Source: Candidatus Calditenuaceae archaeon HR02
Lineage (GTDB): Archaea; Thermoproteota; Nitrososphaeria_A; Caldarchaeales; Calditenuaceae
Direction of reading: 5' to 3'
Length of the DNA: 24,000 bases
NCBI GenBank assembly: GCA_002898395.1
Contig: BEHE01000002.1
Coordinates: forward strand, 46,394-70,393
This document shows, one piece after another, positions 23,301-24,000 of the stretch. The translations under genes and the position numbers were made by a program. The first letter of the stretch is position 1. Each line of letters opens with the position of its first letter. Below the pieces are notes generated by a model. That model did no database searches, was not told the origin of the DNA, and saw only the letters and a list, made by a program, of their open reading frames with translations.

Positions 23301-24000
23301 GTGGGTCCCCGAAGTATTCCGCCCCTGAGTTCCTGCTTAATCCGCTCCAACTCCCGCTTCTCAGACTCCAGCCTAGAAATCTCCTGGGCGAGCTGGGCTT
23401 TCTTCTTCTCCAGCCTCCTCACCTCCTCGGCCAGCTGCGAGAACTGCTTGTTATACTCCTCAGCAATAGATTTTGCCGCCTCGAGCCTCAATATCTCCTC
23501 CCTCTTCCGCTCCTCCAGCCTCACGAGCCTCTCGAGCCTCGCCTCCCTCACTTTAAACCTCTTGTCCAATTCTTTCATAGTCTTCTCAATGCCTTCAGCC
23601 GCGGACTGGAGCGCTGCGAAATAGGAGCCGTGGAGCTCTCTTATCTTCTCCTCGAGATACGCCTTCCGCTCCTCCAGCTCTTCGACCTCTTTCTCAAAAT
23701 TCCTCAAGGCCCTGTCCTTCTCCTCGACCTCCTGCCTAAGCTGAATCAGCTCTTGGCGCAATGTCTCGAGGTTGTTTTTCTCCTGCTCCAACCTCTCCCT
23801 CTCCTGCAGTATTGCCTGCCTGGCCTTCTCCAAGACCTCTACCTGCTCCCTCTGAAACTCCAGTAGCCTCGCCAGCTCCTCCTGCTGCTCTTGGAAGATC
23901 ACGAGGTATGAGGTGAGGGACTTCAAGACATTCACGCCTTCAATGAACTCTTTTATGAGATATTCTGGCTGAGTTGAGGCTAATGCGTCAAACCTAGCAA
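23297..24000 (-). CDS. Long coiled-coil protein. This is the 3' part only; the frame stays open to the right edge of the window.
   Basis: The track ORF begins at a GTG at 23935. My translation upstream of it continues without a stop to position 24000 (ARFDALASTQPEYLIKEFIEG-VNVLKSL...). The body is E/R/K/L/Q-rich heptad sequence (LEQEKNNLETLRQELIQLRQEVEEKDRALRNFEKEVEELEERKAYLEEKIREL...). Confidence 0.65.
   Translation of the reverse strand, partial: ARFDALASTQPEYLIKEFIEGVNVLKSLTSYLVIFQEQQEELARLLEFQREQVEVLEKARQAILQERERLEQEKNNLETLRQELIQLRQEVEEKDRALRNFEKEVEELEERKAYLEEKIRELHGSYFAALQSAAEGIEKTMKELDKRFKVREARLERLVRLEERKREEILRLEAAKSIAEEYNKQFSQLAEEVRRLEKKKAQLAQEISRLESEKRELERIKQELRGGILRGPT

Noticed and set aside
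1-24000. CRISPR arrays, rRNA genes, IS elements or transposases, integrases, toxin-antitoxin pairs and known defence-system genes
   Set aside because: I scanned both strands and all the supplied ORFs. I found no spaced direct repeats, no rRNA-like sequence, no DDE, tyrosine or serine recombinase motifs, and no recognisable defence ATPase or nuclease apart from the LAGLIDADG gene.

Overview
This is an archaeal chromosomal segment in the Thermoproteota/Crenarchaeota style, roughly 50% GC and very tightly packed. The archaeal assignment rests on eS17, eL15, NAC, a type-2 IPP isomerase, TATA-like boxes 25-40 nt upstream of starts, frequent GTG/TTG starts, GGTG-type SD boxes and 1-24 nt gene overlaps. 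From left to right the window holds: a partial IolB-like cupin; an aldo/keto reductase translationally coupled to a LIV-type ABC importer (livF, livG, a membrane-anchored binding protein, divergent livH/livM); eS17; type-2 IDI; an AN1 zinc finger fused to an S2P/M50-type metalloprotease; a DUF1512-like protein plus a zinc ribbon; a sugar-phosphate nucleotidyltransferase; NAC; a 583-aa wHTH plus ATP-cone-like protein; and tRNA(CAT). The only accessory-looking stretch follows at 14151-16716. It contains an HTH-LAGLIDADG endonuclease gene cut off from its ATG by a 1-nt shift in a C tract, a 5'-truncated and twice-frameshifted SPPY methyltransferase, a frameshifted Zn-ribbon ORF, and about 0.8 kb with no ORFs. 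After it come a membrane protein, a K+-independent-type membrane pyrophosphatase, an HtrA-like protease, an AsnB-like protein, eL15, a C4HC3 RING/PHD-like mini zinc finger overlapping an acidic coiled-coil ORF, and a partial long coiled-coil gene. I saw no rRNA, CRISPR array, transposase or integrase. The best candidates for a second look are the tRNA-adjacent decayed methyltransferase/LAGLIDADG island, the RING-like finger module and the wHTH/ATP-cone protein. All family calls come from motif recognition by eye, because no database search was possible.
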